Assembly (NCBI RefSeq): GCF_018350175.1
Contig: NC_058368.1
Location: 52,888,001-52,952,000 of the forward strand
Reading direction: 5' to 3'
DNA length: 64,000 nt
DNA from: Felis catus
Taxonomy: Eukaryota
In this document: positions 51,069 through 64,000 of the stretch, piece after piece
Layout: each line of letters begins with the position of its first letter
Position numbering within the stretch: position 1 is the stretch's first letter
Program-made: the position numbers and the translations under genes
The notes under the pieces: model-generated
What the model was told of the DNA's origin: nothing
Seen by the model: only the letters and a program-made list of their open reading frames with translations
The model's database searches: none

Positions 51069-54036
51069 GCAGCACTTGCCATACAATTTTTGTTTCCATT
51101 GATGCTTCCTTGCTGGACAAAGTATCCCTGAAGGGCAGTGACTGTGTGCATTCCATCTTGGATTCACCAATATCTAGCAAAATGCCCTGTGTATGCTAAA
51201 TATTTAATAAACTTTTCTTTATTAAATAACTGATGTTTAATATTCTGAAAATGAAAAGTATAAAAATATTTATTTTGACCCTTGTGGTCCCTATTTATAT
51301 GAGCTATTTAAATTTTCAAATCTCAACCTGCTGTGGCAAAATTTATAAACAGCTTTTAGTTTTTAAAATTCTTTTATGTGCATATCTTCAAGCTCTGCTC
51401 ATATTACTTCTGGCAAATGAATGTGCCACATCCTTGGGGGCCTTGGCAATTTTAAGAAATGTTCCAGACCATACTTTTCTTCTATAGCATTTCTCACCAA
51501 AATTAATGGAGCAGATCTTCACTGAAAGCCAAGACTTTGGTCTAAGCTCGCCAAATTGCTATCAGGTGCTCAAGATGGAAAATGAAAGGGCATTTAAATC
51601 TGCAACATAAATTTCTTTCTTGGTCTTCTAAAAAGGGAGAAAACAGTTAACACATATATAAGTTTGCCATGCTGACTTCTCCAGATATTAATGTTTAATG
51701 CTTATCTCTCAGTATAGCTCAGGAATCATCAAATGAATTAATATTTCGAATGTATCTAAAGGTACTTTGATTAAAGATATTAGAAAAAGGCAAAAATCTG
51801 AGCCTCTAATAAGAGGATGATCAAATTGTCTAAAAAACGGGGAATACTAAATAAGTAAGAATATTCAGCAAGGGTACAGAAATTTTCAAAAAATAGTACA
51901 AATGTGATTTTACAGGGAGAGACATTTTATTTTTGAAGTTCTTTACCAAAATCTATTGCCGGAAATGAGTTTGTTTTTTGTATCTGCTCTTATTCTCTTG
52001 CTTGGAGAGGAGAGAACTAGAGATCAATCTAATTGTATAGATGATAGAAAAAAAGAACAAATAAGGCATTCCTTTAATAAATACAATGAGGTCAGACCCA
52101 GAAACTGGTGCCTTGGATAGAGCAAGTTCCATATTTGATCCTTACTTAATTTCAATGAATACGTTTTAAGTTACGCTTTGACAAATTAACTTGGCTCTGA
52201 TGAAAGAATTAACTACTTAAAAATAATCATCATATCTGTTTTGGAGGCTTGTCATTATAGTTCCGTTGAGGCCTCAAAGCCCTGGGCATGAGAATGATAC
52301 TGAGATCAGAGGTAAAAATTCTCAAAAGAAGAAAAAAATAGCTGTTTTGTAAGTGAGAGATAAAAAGTTATTACAGGCTAACCCTTCTTCATGTCAATTT
52401 CTTAAATGTGAAAAATATCCAATGAACCCATTAAATACATTTTGACAGACTAACAGCAGGAGGCTTGTTGACCTTTCACCTCATATTGATTTCCCCTTCA
52501 CTTGTTTTCCTTGGTGATTTCCACTCTTCCTGCATATATTTTGCCTCTCAGTCCACTCTCCACATGCCACTTCTGTAATCATTTGCAATGGAAACCCTCA
52601 CGCAGCCGTGAGCTGCACCGACACTTTAGGAGAACCTTGAAAATAAAGCAGCCACATAATTCGCATCTATCAATAAGTGCCTCGATCAGCAGATATTTCT
52701 ATAAAACGTAGATACCCCTGGCATCTCAATAACACAGCTGAGCAGATAAACATCTGGGTGAGTCAAAATGCTCATTAATTGTTTTTATTCATATGCTCAT
52801 CAATTCCACCAGCATTGATTAATGGGCCACTCTGGGCACGACACCAAAATGGAGACCCAAGGAATGGAGAGGAAGTGCAGGCCAGCCCTCTTTCTCTCTA
52901 GTTGCAGAAAACTCCTACACACAAGGAACATTTAGGGAAAACAATCACCCGGGGAGAAACAAGCAATCAGGATAGCATTTATAGGTACCGGGGAATTGAA
53001 ATGAAGTGAAGAATCTGTGTGAACTCATAATTACTCCCCGAAGGAGTCAAGAAACAAACTGGAAAGGTCTGGAGTTGTCCTGATGTTGATTCTTGAGACG
53101 CATTATCAGGTGTCTTGTCTATTGTCAGTAAAGGGGGTTGGGATAGCGGCAGGAAATGCTACTAAGCAGAGCCAGACACAGTAATGCTGTCACCCAAGCT
53201 ACAGTGAAAGGCGGGTGGGGGTGCATATGAGGCATACAAGTGCTTTAAAATAATCTGTATCTGTTACCTGCAAATTCAGGCAGATCTTCTCAAGGAGCAT
53301 GGGTCAAAATGAAATCTTCACATACTGTTGTTAGTTTTTGTGCTCTCTTTTGCTTGTGGTTGTTCGCCTTTGAATATTTCTAACAGGTGGCTGTCTTCCT
53401 GGAGTTTCCTTCAGGCGATGATTTTAGAACTGGGCTTGGTTCTCCCCGACTCCAAAAAAGCAAAATTGTTCTGCATAGCATTCATGATGAGCATTACGGA
53501 TTTGGTTGAAGACTTCCTTTGGAGAAGGAAGCACATCACGTTTACATCAGAAGAAGCCAGCACAAATCCTGGGGCACTTCTGTTCTTCCCCAGGCCCTTC
53601 CGTGGCTGCCAGTCACAGGGGTTTTCCTTTCTCCCATCCTTTCGTGTGGGCGGTGTCCCTGGCTTCCGTATGCCAGCTTCCTGGCTGGTGGGGCTTCGCT
53701 CACCTTCTCTCTATTATTTCTGTCCTCTTCTTATACAGCCTGCCTCAGCTCTGACTCAGCCCCCAGGCTGTCCTGCCAACCTGCCTTATCTGCTGCCAAA
53801 TAAAATAATTTCCAATTACTAGGATCCATCTACTTCCTGAGTCTATGGGAGATCGTATGTTAAGGACAATGATCTCACCACACAAATATCTTCTGATTCC
53901 TTGAAATTTGGAATTATGGAGACATTGAAGTAATTTAGACTAAATATAGAAAAAAATTCAGATGGAAGGTATTTTTTATATTCTCAACTTCCCATTTCTT
54001 CAACACCCCAAAGTTTTCCTTTTCTCCACAGATCCC

Positions 54037-54446
54037 TGTTATGGACTAAATGTTTGTCTCCCCCCTTCCCCAATTCATATGTCGAAGCCCTAACCTCCAA
54101 TAAGACAGTATTTGAAGACAGGGCCTGGGAAGAAGTAATAAGTTAAATGAGGTCATAAGGGTGGGGCCCTAATCCTATAGGATTGGTGTCATTGTAAGAG
54201 GAAGAGACATCAGAGCTCCCTCTCCTTCTACCTCCCACTTCCCCCCACTTCCCGCCCAATCTTATAAGAACACAGCAAGAAGGTGTCTGGCCATCTGCAA
54301 GTCAAGAGAGCTCTCATTAGAAATTGAATTGGCTGGCACCTTGATCATGGACTTCCAGCCTTTGGAACTGGGAGGCAGTCAATTTCTGCTGTTTAAGCCA
54401 CTTAGTCAATGGTATCTTATTATGGCAGCCAGTGCAGACTAATACA
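54037..54446 (+). mobile_element. MaLR solo LTR (MLT1A-like)
   Basis: TGTTATGGACTAAATGTTTGT...GAGGTCATAAGGGTGGGGCCCTAATCC...GACTAATACA. Confidence 0.9.
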
Positions 54447-54459
54447 ACCTGTACTCAAT

Positions 54460-57050
54460 CTCCCCATTCACTCTTAGTAGATGATCTTCTTGCCTCTAGC
54501 TTCACTGAGAAAACTGAGGTATTAACTCCTTCACCTTCCTCCTATGCTACCTACAACTATCTCTACTTCTTCCTATTCTTTACTGCTTTGCTTTTTTCTC
54601 TTTCATTGAAAGAGTTGACAACATGTCTGTTGTAGGCTCCTTCCTCTAATTTGTGCTGGGATCCATCCCCTCTCACCTGCTTGGAGCTGATTGCACTCCT
54701 CTGCTTAAAGCCCTCCCATGGTCACAGCATAAATAAGACCCAGACTCCCTGCTGAAACCTCCAAGGTGCCATTTGACAGAGCCCTGCCCATCTCTCTGAC
54801 TTCATCTCCCACCACGATGTAGTTCCTGAATCATCACCATAGCTTTGGTTTCCCAATCCCACCAAGCTCACAGTCACTCTAAATGCATGTATTAGCTATT
54901 TGTTATGTCTAGAATGCTCCCTGCCGAAAGCCTCCATGGCTAGTGCCTATTTTCATTCAAATTTCAGCTTAAATGTCAATCCTCAGAAAAGACTTCCCTG
55001 AATACCCCACATGAAGCCATCTTACAACAAGAAAAAATTCCATTCTGTAATATATCACTACCTAGAATTACTTTGTTTACTTTATCTATTCTCCTTGTCT
55101 TCCAGAATGTAATCTCCATGAGAACAGGGACCTTGTCTCTTACTTCACTTCTATGCCCCCAGTGTCTTAAGACAATGCCTGGTGTGCAGTATCACTTGTA
55201 AATGTCACTGTTGAACTCATCATCTTCTCTCTCCTCTATTCCCAAATGATCATCCCTGTGGCTATTGTTCCTCCGCATAAAAGCATGCTCTGATATTTCC
55301 CATTTTGAGAGCAGAAGTTCCCATCTGACCACACATCTCCCATTAGTTATTGTGTGTTTCTTCTCTTCGCTTCAGAACCATGCACACTTCCTTAAAGAGG
55401 ACCCCAAACCTCTATTTCCACCTCTCCTATACCTTTCACTCCTCACCTTTCTGTGATCTGACATGGTGACCTGCCTACCCACCCCATTGCCTTTTACCAA
55501 GATCATAAGTAACCACCAGCTGGCCTCATTCAGTAGACATCATTCTCTCCTCATCTTACTTGAATATCTGTGACGTTTAATATGGTTGAGTGTCCCTTTT
55601 TTCTGAAACCCTTTTCTTCTTCAACTTTCATGAAGCCACGTTCTTCTAGTATTTCTTTTTTTACCTTCCCCTTACTGATTTTTTTTTTGCCTTTCCTAAG
55701 TGAGTTTTCCTTCCTCTGCACTGTTTAGGGGTCGCGGCTCTCATGTGTCCCAGGGCCCTGCAGGAAATATACAGGTGTGAAGGCGCTGGTAGGTGAAGGA
55801 GCTGTGCAGGTGGTAATTAACAGAGGGTGGTGGGAATGTGAGGGGGTGAAAATGCTCCCTATCCTTCCAGAATCCAAGCTTTTTAGAATGCTATGCTAGC
55901 CAAACAAACCATACCTGTGGGCAAATGGAGGCCATTCATTTGTGGCCTGTCCATTAAATGTTGGTGTTCCTTGGGGCTTTCCCTCGGGTTCTGCTTTCTA
56001 CTACATATATTCTAACTGGCAGCCCCACTTGCAATTACAACTTCAGATACCATTGATATTTCACTGTCTCTCTTTCACTGGTCCTATATAGCTTAGGGAT
56101 TAAGACATAGGTGCAGGGTCCAATAAACTTGAATATGAGTCCCTGCTCAGCCATTTACCAGCTATGAGACCTTAGGCAAATTAGTTCACTCTCTGAGCCT
56201 CTGTTTCCTTATATGTCAAAAGAGGATAAGAAGAGCCATTCTTAGAAGAGTCTTTAGAAGATAAAGTTACGCGTGTAAAATGCTTATCACTGTATCTAGC
56301 ATGTAGTAAGCGTTCAGTGAAAGTTAGCTCTTCGGTTGAACATGTCTATGGAGAATGGCAATAAATACCCAAATTTAACATCACCATGCTGAAGTCATCA
56401 TCTTTCTTGGAGTTTGATGCTTGTGTTAACAAGCACCACCTTTCATATAGGTGTACAGGCTAGAAGCTATGCACCATCCTAGATTTATCTGCCTCTGCCC
56501 CCACCCCACCCCAAACACTATTCACCAGCACACCTTGACAGTCTCCAAAAGGCCCCGACATGTGACCTCTATCACGTCTTACGGAATCCATGTCCTTTCC
56601 TTCAATTCTACCAATGTCTTAACCCAGCCATTATCATTTCTTGCTTAGATTATTGCCATGGCCTCTTAACTGAACTCTCAGCCTTATATCTTGAACTCCT
56701 TCATTCCATTCTGTACATTTTTGTCAAAGTGAACCTTCTAAAATGGAAACTTAATCATGTCACTCCTCTGCTTGGAAATGTCCCATGTCTCTCTCCCACC
56801 TATGTAATAAATAACAAATTTCTGATCCAGCCCTTGCCTTCACTTGGAGAATTACTTTCCACGTTTCTTCAGCCGCCAACTATTTACTTCAGCTACTCCC
56901 AATGACGTTGACCCCTTTGCAGCAAGTTCCACTCTCTTAGCAATGCCCTTTCCTGTCTCTCTATCAGGCTAACCTCTTCGCTCTGTCACATTAAGCATTA
57001 TCGCTTCTGGATGCCTTTCCTGGTGAGCCAGCCTGATCTCCCCTTGAGCA
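54460..57050 (+). mobile_element. Degenerate L2 fragments with a nested MIR (about 56085-56330)
   Basis: L2 motifs CTTCACTGAGAAAACTGAGG, CACTCCTCTGCTTAAA, CTCCATGAGAACAGGGACCTTGTCT, TCATGTCACTCCTCTGCTT; MIR core CTCTGAGCCTCTGTTTCCTTAT. Confidence 0.72.
55726..55950. mobile_element. MER102-like hAT element
   Basis: AGGGGTCGC...GTGGTGGGAATGTG...GCCAAACAAACCATACCTGTGGGC. Confidence 0.6.
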
Positions 57051-57796
57051 CGCCTAGCAAACAGGGCTCTTTCAATTATGATATATTTGAAAACAGAGAG
57101 GAAGCTAACATTATTTGGAGGGGGAGAAAGGGCTAACAACCTGCCCTAAGAAATTTCATATTCTTTTATGGTGACAGAGAGTCAGAAAAATAAGTCAGTG
57201 AATAGTATGCAGGTAAGAAGTGACATCTAACCAGGTGATCTTATTTTTAAATCCTTGTCATTTGGGAAAAAAAATACAAGAATAATAAAATTTTCAAGCC
57301 AATGATCATGTTGTGTCTAAATCATATCTGAATAAAATTATGTGCTAGGTTGATATGCAGATACTTATGAATGACTCACTTATATGCTTGACAGCATAGA
57401 CTGCCTGGGAATGGAAGAAAGCTTATCAGAGAAGTTATAGGAAAAACTTAGGCAATAAGAATTCAAGAGTAAATTATTTAGATTATTTAGATAGATTATT
57501 TATGTTAAAAAATAAGATAAAATCTTTGAAATAAATAGAAATACATACTAACATTTTAACATTTAATATGGGTTAACTCAACCATATGATTAAAAGAAAT
57601 GTTTAAACCTATTTCAAGATTTCTTATGAGTTTAAGCAAGTTATTACCATATCTGTAAAATTTTACATATATATTGTGATCTGATGTACGTATTTGTGAA
57701 TGTATACAGACTTCAATATATTGACACTTACATATATTTATATGAATTCAAAATACTTTATATTTTATCATTTTTCTGCATTTTAGGAAAATCGTA

Positions 57797-57999
57797 GGGT
57801 GCCCGGATGGCTCATTCCGTTGAGCGTCCAACTCTTGATTTCAGCTCAGGTCATGATCCCAAGGTCATGGGATCAAGCCCCACATCAAGTTCCTCACTAA
57901 GTGTGGAGCCTGCTTCAGATTCTCTGTCTCCATCTTCCCCTAACCCCTTCTTACATGCATGCTCTTTCTATCTAAAATTAAACAAAAAAACAAAAAAAC
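57797..57999 (+). mobile_element. CAN-SINE (older)
   Basis: GGGTGCCCGGATGGCTCA...CAGGTCATGATCCCAAGGTCATGGGATCAAGCCC, A tail. Confidence 0.9.
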
Positions 58000-58018
58000 C
58001 ACACAATTCTATACTTAC

Positions 58019-58200
58019 CAGTGCACGTTTCTCAAACTACGGGTCTTTCTGTGACTCAGAAGTCAACTTAGTGGGTTTTGACCAAAGCTTTTCAAAATAC
58101 ATGGATATAGAATACAATAGAAAACATCACATTAGCACTCAGTAAGGGAAGTATTGTTTTTATAAATGTGGGTCATGGTCAACGTGTTTGAAGAACACAC
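58019..58200. mobile_element. Charlie4z-like hAT MITE
   Basis: TTTCTCAAACTACGGGTC...TTAGTGGG...AATAGAAAACATCA...AGTAAGGGAAGTATTGTTT...TGGGTCATGGTCAA. Confidence 0.65.
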
Positions 58201-59958
58201 CTTAGAGAGGTTCAGGGAGAGACTAGATTTAGAACACCTGGCATCTGAGGTCTCTCAGTTCCCATCCAGTATTGATAGCTGTTTGGAAATACCAGGCTTT
58301 TGTCAAGTCTACACACAAGGACACACCTAACGACATCACAGCATTTTCCCACTTTCACCTTGGGGTGTGGGCCAAAGGCCAACTGTGATGCCCATGGGAA
58401 ACTGGAATACCTTTACCACTTGGCAGTGAGAACTCTATAATGTGGTTGCCTTTTTTTCTCTTCTAGTTGCTAGCAAGGGAGAGGGAAAGTCAGCGCCCTA
58501 TTTAGTTTTCCACAGCCATTGGCCTCTGGCTCATTCCCCTGATTACCCTTATTCTTTTCTTTCCCCCAACATACTACCTTCCTTAATCCCTGGATTGTAC
58601 GTCATCACTTAATTCGTTTTTATGCCTGATTGTATTATAAGTGACCCTATGGTAATTGTATTAGAAGTTCCTCAAAACCTTTCTGGAGGTTCGTGCTTCT
58701 CAAAAACTCATGAAATGGAGGCATGCTCTCTACCTTCAATTTATTTATTTTTTTATATTTATAGAAGTATAATATTTATAATATTTCTGAGAAATCATGA
58801 GGAATTTTTTGAGGAATTTTAGCTGAAAGAACTATCAAAAAGGGACAGTTTGCATTTTATTCCAGTGCTCTATCCTCACGCCCATTTGGGATAAAGGTTT
58901 AATAACAACTGAATCAATTACTTTTATTTGCTTTTTATTAAAAAAAAAAACTTACAATGCATCTCCCATGAAAATTCTCAGATATGATGCCCGTGAGAAT
59001 TGCAAATTACCTTGGGATCCATAAGGATGTTAGACCTTACATACCTGGGGAGGAACCTGGGGATCCCCTTCAGACTTCTAACAGTGATTTTCGGTTGTTA
59101 TTCGGAACCATAAATCATGGGACGTGTTTACCAGACTCTTGCATGCCCCCTCCTCTGTACCAGACCTTCGTGAAAATAATTACCAGGCCTGAATGGATTA
59201 TCAAGCCAGAAAGCATCACATCTTAATGGAGGTAATGGAGGTGGATATTTCCAGATTCGCATTCTAATCAGAAGGTGGTAGAATCTGAGCTAGCCCTAAG
59301 GGGCTTGTCAAGCCACCAGGACAGCTGATATCTTTGTCCAGTTTTTAATTAAGGCTGCTAATTATGTGGGATAGTACCCTCTCCCTATTTTTTAAAATAA
59401 TGTCAACGACAAGAGGCTGATCTGAGCCCACCATCTCATGACCTGTCTGAGACAGAGGCTTGAGAACACTTATGTATGTGGAAATAATTAGATTCCAATT
59501 ACCCCGGTAGCAATGCAATCGCTTTTTTTAAATAATCAAAGAAATGTTAAAATGAGACAATGTAAACAGTAATCATTCCTGCATTTACTCATCTGGGTAG
59601 AATTAGAATCTGGAGCTTCTAGGAGGTTCTTTTTCTTCTCTTGCAGACAGGGAAGTTGTACTGTATTTGTTCCAAAGCTCCTGCATACTTATTTCCAGGC
59701 CTCTCCAATGGAGATAGGAATGTGCTGGGTGAATTCTAAGCGATTTCAGGCAGGCCTGAGATTTAATATCCATTGCTGCAGGCACAATCGGTCTGGGTAC
59801 AGGATATGTGATCTCCCTCTTCACAGTGTCAGGGAGGACGAGGAGAAATAGCAAGTCCCACGGAGGCCAAAGGGACAGAGCTGTTTACCTCACGAAGTTA
59901 ATTAAATATGGAGAGGTCACCAAGATACAGTGTCATGAAGCCATTTGCCACTTGAGGT

Positions 59959-60144
59959 AGGGCTGCTAGCCTTAGCAAATAAAAATACAGGATGCTGGCT
60001 AAATTCAAACTTCAGAAAGCCAGCAAATAATCTTTTGACATAAGCGTGTCCCAAATATTGCATTTTATGGCAATCATTTGTTGTTTATCCAAAATTCGAA
60101 TTTAACTAGGCACCGTGGCAACCTGCTTTCGCCTGGCAACCCTA
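59959..60144. mobile_element. MER53-like palindromic hAT MITE
   Basis: TAGGGCTGCTAG..TTAGCAAATAAAAATACAGGATG...CCCAAATATTGCA...CTGGCAACCCTA. Confidence 0.8.
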
Positions 60145-60729
60145 TTTCGAGAGGTGAATGTAGTTCCTACCACGTTAGTAACAATCTTTAGTTTCTTTCA
60201 GTCTCATATAACTTATTATGCAAACGATTTCCAGTTTCCAGAGTGGTCTTTATTGACCACTAAAACATGAGCATAAACACGGAGGCACAGATAGAGCGGA
60301 GTGGTTTGATAGAAGACTGAGGTATTTCTTTGACTTCCCTCCGTAATTATTCATGTATCCAGAGTATTTATATCCCTTGATAACATAGTCCAAAGGGATA
60401 GTATTCTACGGATCTCTAATTCTGAGAAACATTTAAAAGCTTTCTTTCATGATCATTTTTGTGAGAAAAATTACAGAGTCAGCTCATGCTCCATACTCTA
60501 CTTAGAAACACGTATATCATCGCAAAATCTTCATGTTTGCCGTACGTAAACATGTATGTATAAGGACATACAGTCGTGGGGTCCAGCCTCTGTTGTTCAG
60601 ACTACTAATATATTTAAGTTTCAAATTGCTTGATCTTAGCATAGCTAGCACAGGATTACATTTCTACATAGAAAACCCATAGGATTGAATTCTGAAAGTG
60701 AATTTTTCTCATATTGTTTTTCTCATCAT

Positions 60730-60950
60730 ATAATACTTCGCAATTTACAGTGTCCACGAACTTTGCATCCATTATCTTGGCTCATGCTTCCAGGATCCTG
60801 TGAGTTAGATAGTGTTACATTCCTTTTAGAGAAGAGGAAACTCAGGTTCAGGCTAAGCATCTTGCCTAAGGTCATTCGACGAGGAGGTGACAGAGGCAAG
60901 AAAACCCCTCAGGTCTTCTGACCCCAGTACACTGATCTTTCTGTTAGGTC
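60730..60950 (-). mobile_element. MIR
   Basis: TTTTAGAGAAGAGGAAACTCAGGTTCAG...TTGCCTAAGGTCA. Confidence 0.72.
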
Positions 60951-62015
60951 AAGCTATGGTCTCAGTAATGAGTCTAAAATGTAAACCTTGGTTATTCTCT
61001 GAGAAGGTACCACTGAAAAAGATATGGGAATCCATTCCAAGTGTTGGAAAACAATAATGCGTTATTAATTCGCATCCTCTCCTCGGACTTTGTGTCACTG
61101 AAGATTTCAGTTAAGTTGCAGGTTGCCCAAATTCCTGTGCATAATCAGAGACTCCTGCTGCAATGGTGATCTCCCCGCTGCCTATTCTCTTTCTGCCATG
61201 TATCCTTCCCTCCCTCCCCCTTCACCTTCCTTCCCGGTCTACTGGCTTTGGTCCCATCTCTATCCTCATAGACCTTATGAAAATGCAGTGGCAGGGAATG
61301 AAGAAAGGAGGGGACTGTCAGGAGGGGAAAGATGGGACAGCTTGTGCTCCCTATTGCCTGAGGGAGGCAAAGGTGTAAGCCAGCTCTGTCTTTGGCCCTC
61401 ATTTCACTTTCTTGGGACCTCTCTTCCCTCCTGTATGGTTCTTTACTCTAGAGTACCCCCTTGTCCCAGTGCCCCTCGGGAGATGTCCAAGATAAACTTG
61501 CACTTTGTGTATTTTTTAAAATGTAGATTAATATCATTTCATTTCTAGACATCCCCAAAGATCCTTCATTAGCTCTTAGGGGGAAATTCATCTTAGTAAA
61601 TTTTTAAAAACCAATACAAAAGAGAGTCTATGTAATAGGTAAAATTTTACTATCCCATCCCTTTGTTAACATGGCAAAAGCTCTTTAATTATTCCCACAT
61701 TGCAAATGGTTGTGTTTTCCTTTCAGAGGTAGGTGGGATAAGGACGAGCTATTAGATTGAGTGCAGATCCTATCATCAATGTACAATTTTAGGACATTCT
61801 GATGCAAACACTACTGATATTAATGGTGGATAAGGAGGAAGGCAAGCGAGGGGAAATAAAAGGGACAAACCAGCAACATTCTAAGAATAACCCCTAGTGC
61901 ATTTGTCAATCCCATCCCTCAAGTGCCTATATTGTCTTCACAGGCTTCTCCAGCTCCCATTGACACAGTCTCCCTCTTAAAACTAATATTTACTTAATGT
62001 TTATTGTGTGGCAGC

Positions 62016-62469
62016 TGTTGAGTATAGGATTTGATTTTATCCTACTTAAAAGCTAATCATTTAGCCTATAACTCTTTCATGGATGCTGGCGGAAGACAAG
62101 AGATTTCCGGGTCAGAGACAATGGCCTTTCTTATAAGCAGAGTAAGCAGCACAAGCACCATGTTTGCATCATCTTCACTTGTACCCCATGTCCTATGGGG
62201 ACTATGCAGTATGAGCCCAGATGGATGCCTGCACCTGCCATTGGTTGCTTTACTAGAGAGGAACACTGGGCTTGGGATACTCACTGTTTTATAGCAACCA
62301 GTAATCAGGTGAGCTTTCTGTCCCAGAAGAAGACATTATCTCATTTCTCAAAGTTGCTTGCTGTAAACACAACCTTGAAAGGTGTCCTTAACAAAGGCAA
62401 TCAAAGTTTTGCATGCTTGACCTCTCCTGCAAGAAGGTCGGGGACAGTGACGAATCACTTCTCCCAACA
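62016..62469 (-). mobile_element. ERVL solo LTR (LTR40-like) inserted in a MIR
   Basis: TGTTGAG...TTTCATGGATGCTGGCGGAAGACA...GGGTCAGAGACA...TTCTCCCAACA; MIR continues at 62470-62640. Confidence 0.72.
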
Positions 62470-63034
62470 CCAAGCACTGTTTCAAGGACTTTACATTTAT
62501 TAACTCAAATGTACTTCAGAATAACCCTGTAAGTATTTTTACGATCCCCATTTTACACAAGAGGAAACTGCAACGCAGTGAGTAACTTAGCTAGTCTGCT
62601 AAGTAAGATGCAAAGCCAGGCTCTCTGGCTCCAGAATTTGCTTTCTTTTTTAATACATTATCATTTTTATTGCCAAGTCAGTAGTCAGCACATGCTGACC
62701 AACTAGGATATGTGTTCCTCGTCATGCAGGTAAGGGCTCTGGGTCCACGCTCTGGCATGTAGATCTATGCCACACCCTTTCCAAATTTCATACTTTGCTC
62801 ATGCTTTTCCATTACCTATCATTCTTCCCTAGTCCCCATTGTCCTCCTTTGCTCCTTGGCTAAATTCTTCATCTACATTATCAAAGTTATGCTGATCCAC
62901 TGTACATTTTCAACCAAGCATTTTTTATTTTTCCAGGACTTCTCGGTATGGCCTTGGGTTCTATTTTTCAAAGGGAGAAAAAAATCATAATTCTGAGCTA
63001 AGTCCTTATACATGGTCTTTAACCTACCTTATTT

Positions 63035-63206
63035 CTTTTAATTTTTAAATTTTAATTCAAGTGTAGTTAACCTACAGTGTTATATTAGTTTCGGGAGTAC
63101 GATATAGTGATTCAACAATTCTATACATCATTACTCAGTGCTCATCATGGTAAGTGTACTTTTAATCCCCTTCACCTATCCATACCCCCACCCACCTCCC
63201 CTCTGA
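63035..63206 (-). mobile_element. 5'-truncated carnivore L1 3' UTR
   Basis: Reverse complement of the same 3' UTR type as 11573-11802. Confidence 0.85.
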
Positions 63207-64000
63207 GATGCTTTATTTTAAACAAGTGCTCTCAGTTAAAGTTATTATTTTTCAACAAAAACGTTTTTTACTTGAAGCCTACTTCAGAATATATGGTTCT
63301 AAAAGATATGTATAAAGCGATCTAGCCAAGAAAGATAGAATACACATTTTCTTCAACTATACACAGAAGAATCCCCTGGTTAAATCACATAAAAAGAGAC
63401 ATAACAAATATTACAAATTCTTACTAAAATGGGTTCATATTAAATCATAACTGAACATTAAGAAATATCTTCTCCAAATGCAGATCTGCCATTGAACAAC
63501 ATATCTCCTAGGCAATACTAATAAAAACCCCTCTTGTTTGCAATATAATGAGTATTCTTATTTCACCCTTTTATGCCCCTATTGTGGAGCTTACACTTTC
63601 ATAACTATGAACATTCTTCATCTATGGCATATCATATCATACCATATCATATGTTACATCTATGAATATTTCTGCGTCTCAACTTAAATTGTGAACACTT
63701 TAGGACCATGAACGAATTTTTTTTTCATTCTCTGCAGAAACTAGCCCAATGATAAGTTAATAGAATGCAATCGGTAAATGTTTATGGACTGGAGACAACA
63801 TGCACAAGTGGTTACATTGCTATCAATCTAGTATTATAGTCCCTTATTCTAATATATCCTCATTTAAATGGAGTTTTGGGGAAAAGGACTTAGAAAATTA
63901 GACAGAATAGCATTGTAACTATGGGAAAATGCTTTATGAATTTTCAGCAAATGTCAACAGTTTTCTTTAGGATGAAACTCATTTTTATGAATTGATTTAC

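Noticed and set aside
53328..53822. 164-aa ORF
   Set aside because: Non-ATG start and no recognisable homology; the region is treated as a regulatory or exon candidate instead
59040..59750. Isolated good splice signals (minus-strand donor CAG|GTATGT near 59045; plus-strand acceptor TTCTTCTCTTGCAG near 59646)
   Set aside because: No convincing partner site or open frame; such signals occur by chance in 64 kb
1..64000. CRISPR arrays, operons, rRNA or other prokaryote-type systems
   Set aside because: No regularly spaced repeat-spacer array or dense coding; the content is typical mammalian repeat-rich DNA

Overview
Mammalian genomic DNA, almost certainly a cat-family carnivore: it carries many tRNA-derived CAN-SINEs with the felid SINEC_Fc sequence and a felid-type LINE-1. 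The window is AT-rich and intergenic or deep-intronic. I recognise no host protein-coding gene, rRNA, true tRNA or CRISPR array. Most of it is interspersed repeats: about 19 CAN-SINEs, one full-length but disrupted L1 (20574-26767, minus), older L1/L2/MIR pieces, MaLR/ERVL solo LTRs and hAT/Tigger DNA transposons. Family names come from recalled consensus features, not a database search. The best-supported unusual observations concern retrotransposition mechanics: an MLT1C LTR split by two tail-to-tail L1s, a short 3' transduction, a three-part SINE chimera inside one TSD pair, a tailless SINE, tail-only insertions and an orphan internal ORF2 fragment. Weaker inferential signals are a motif-dense promoter or enhancer near 53.7 kb and several minus-strand splice-site candidates. 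I found no convincing new biological system.
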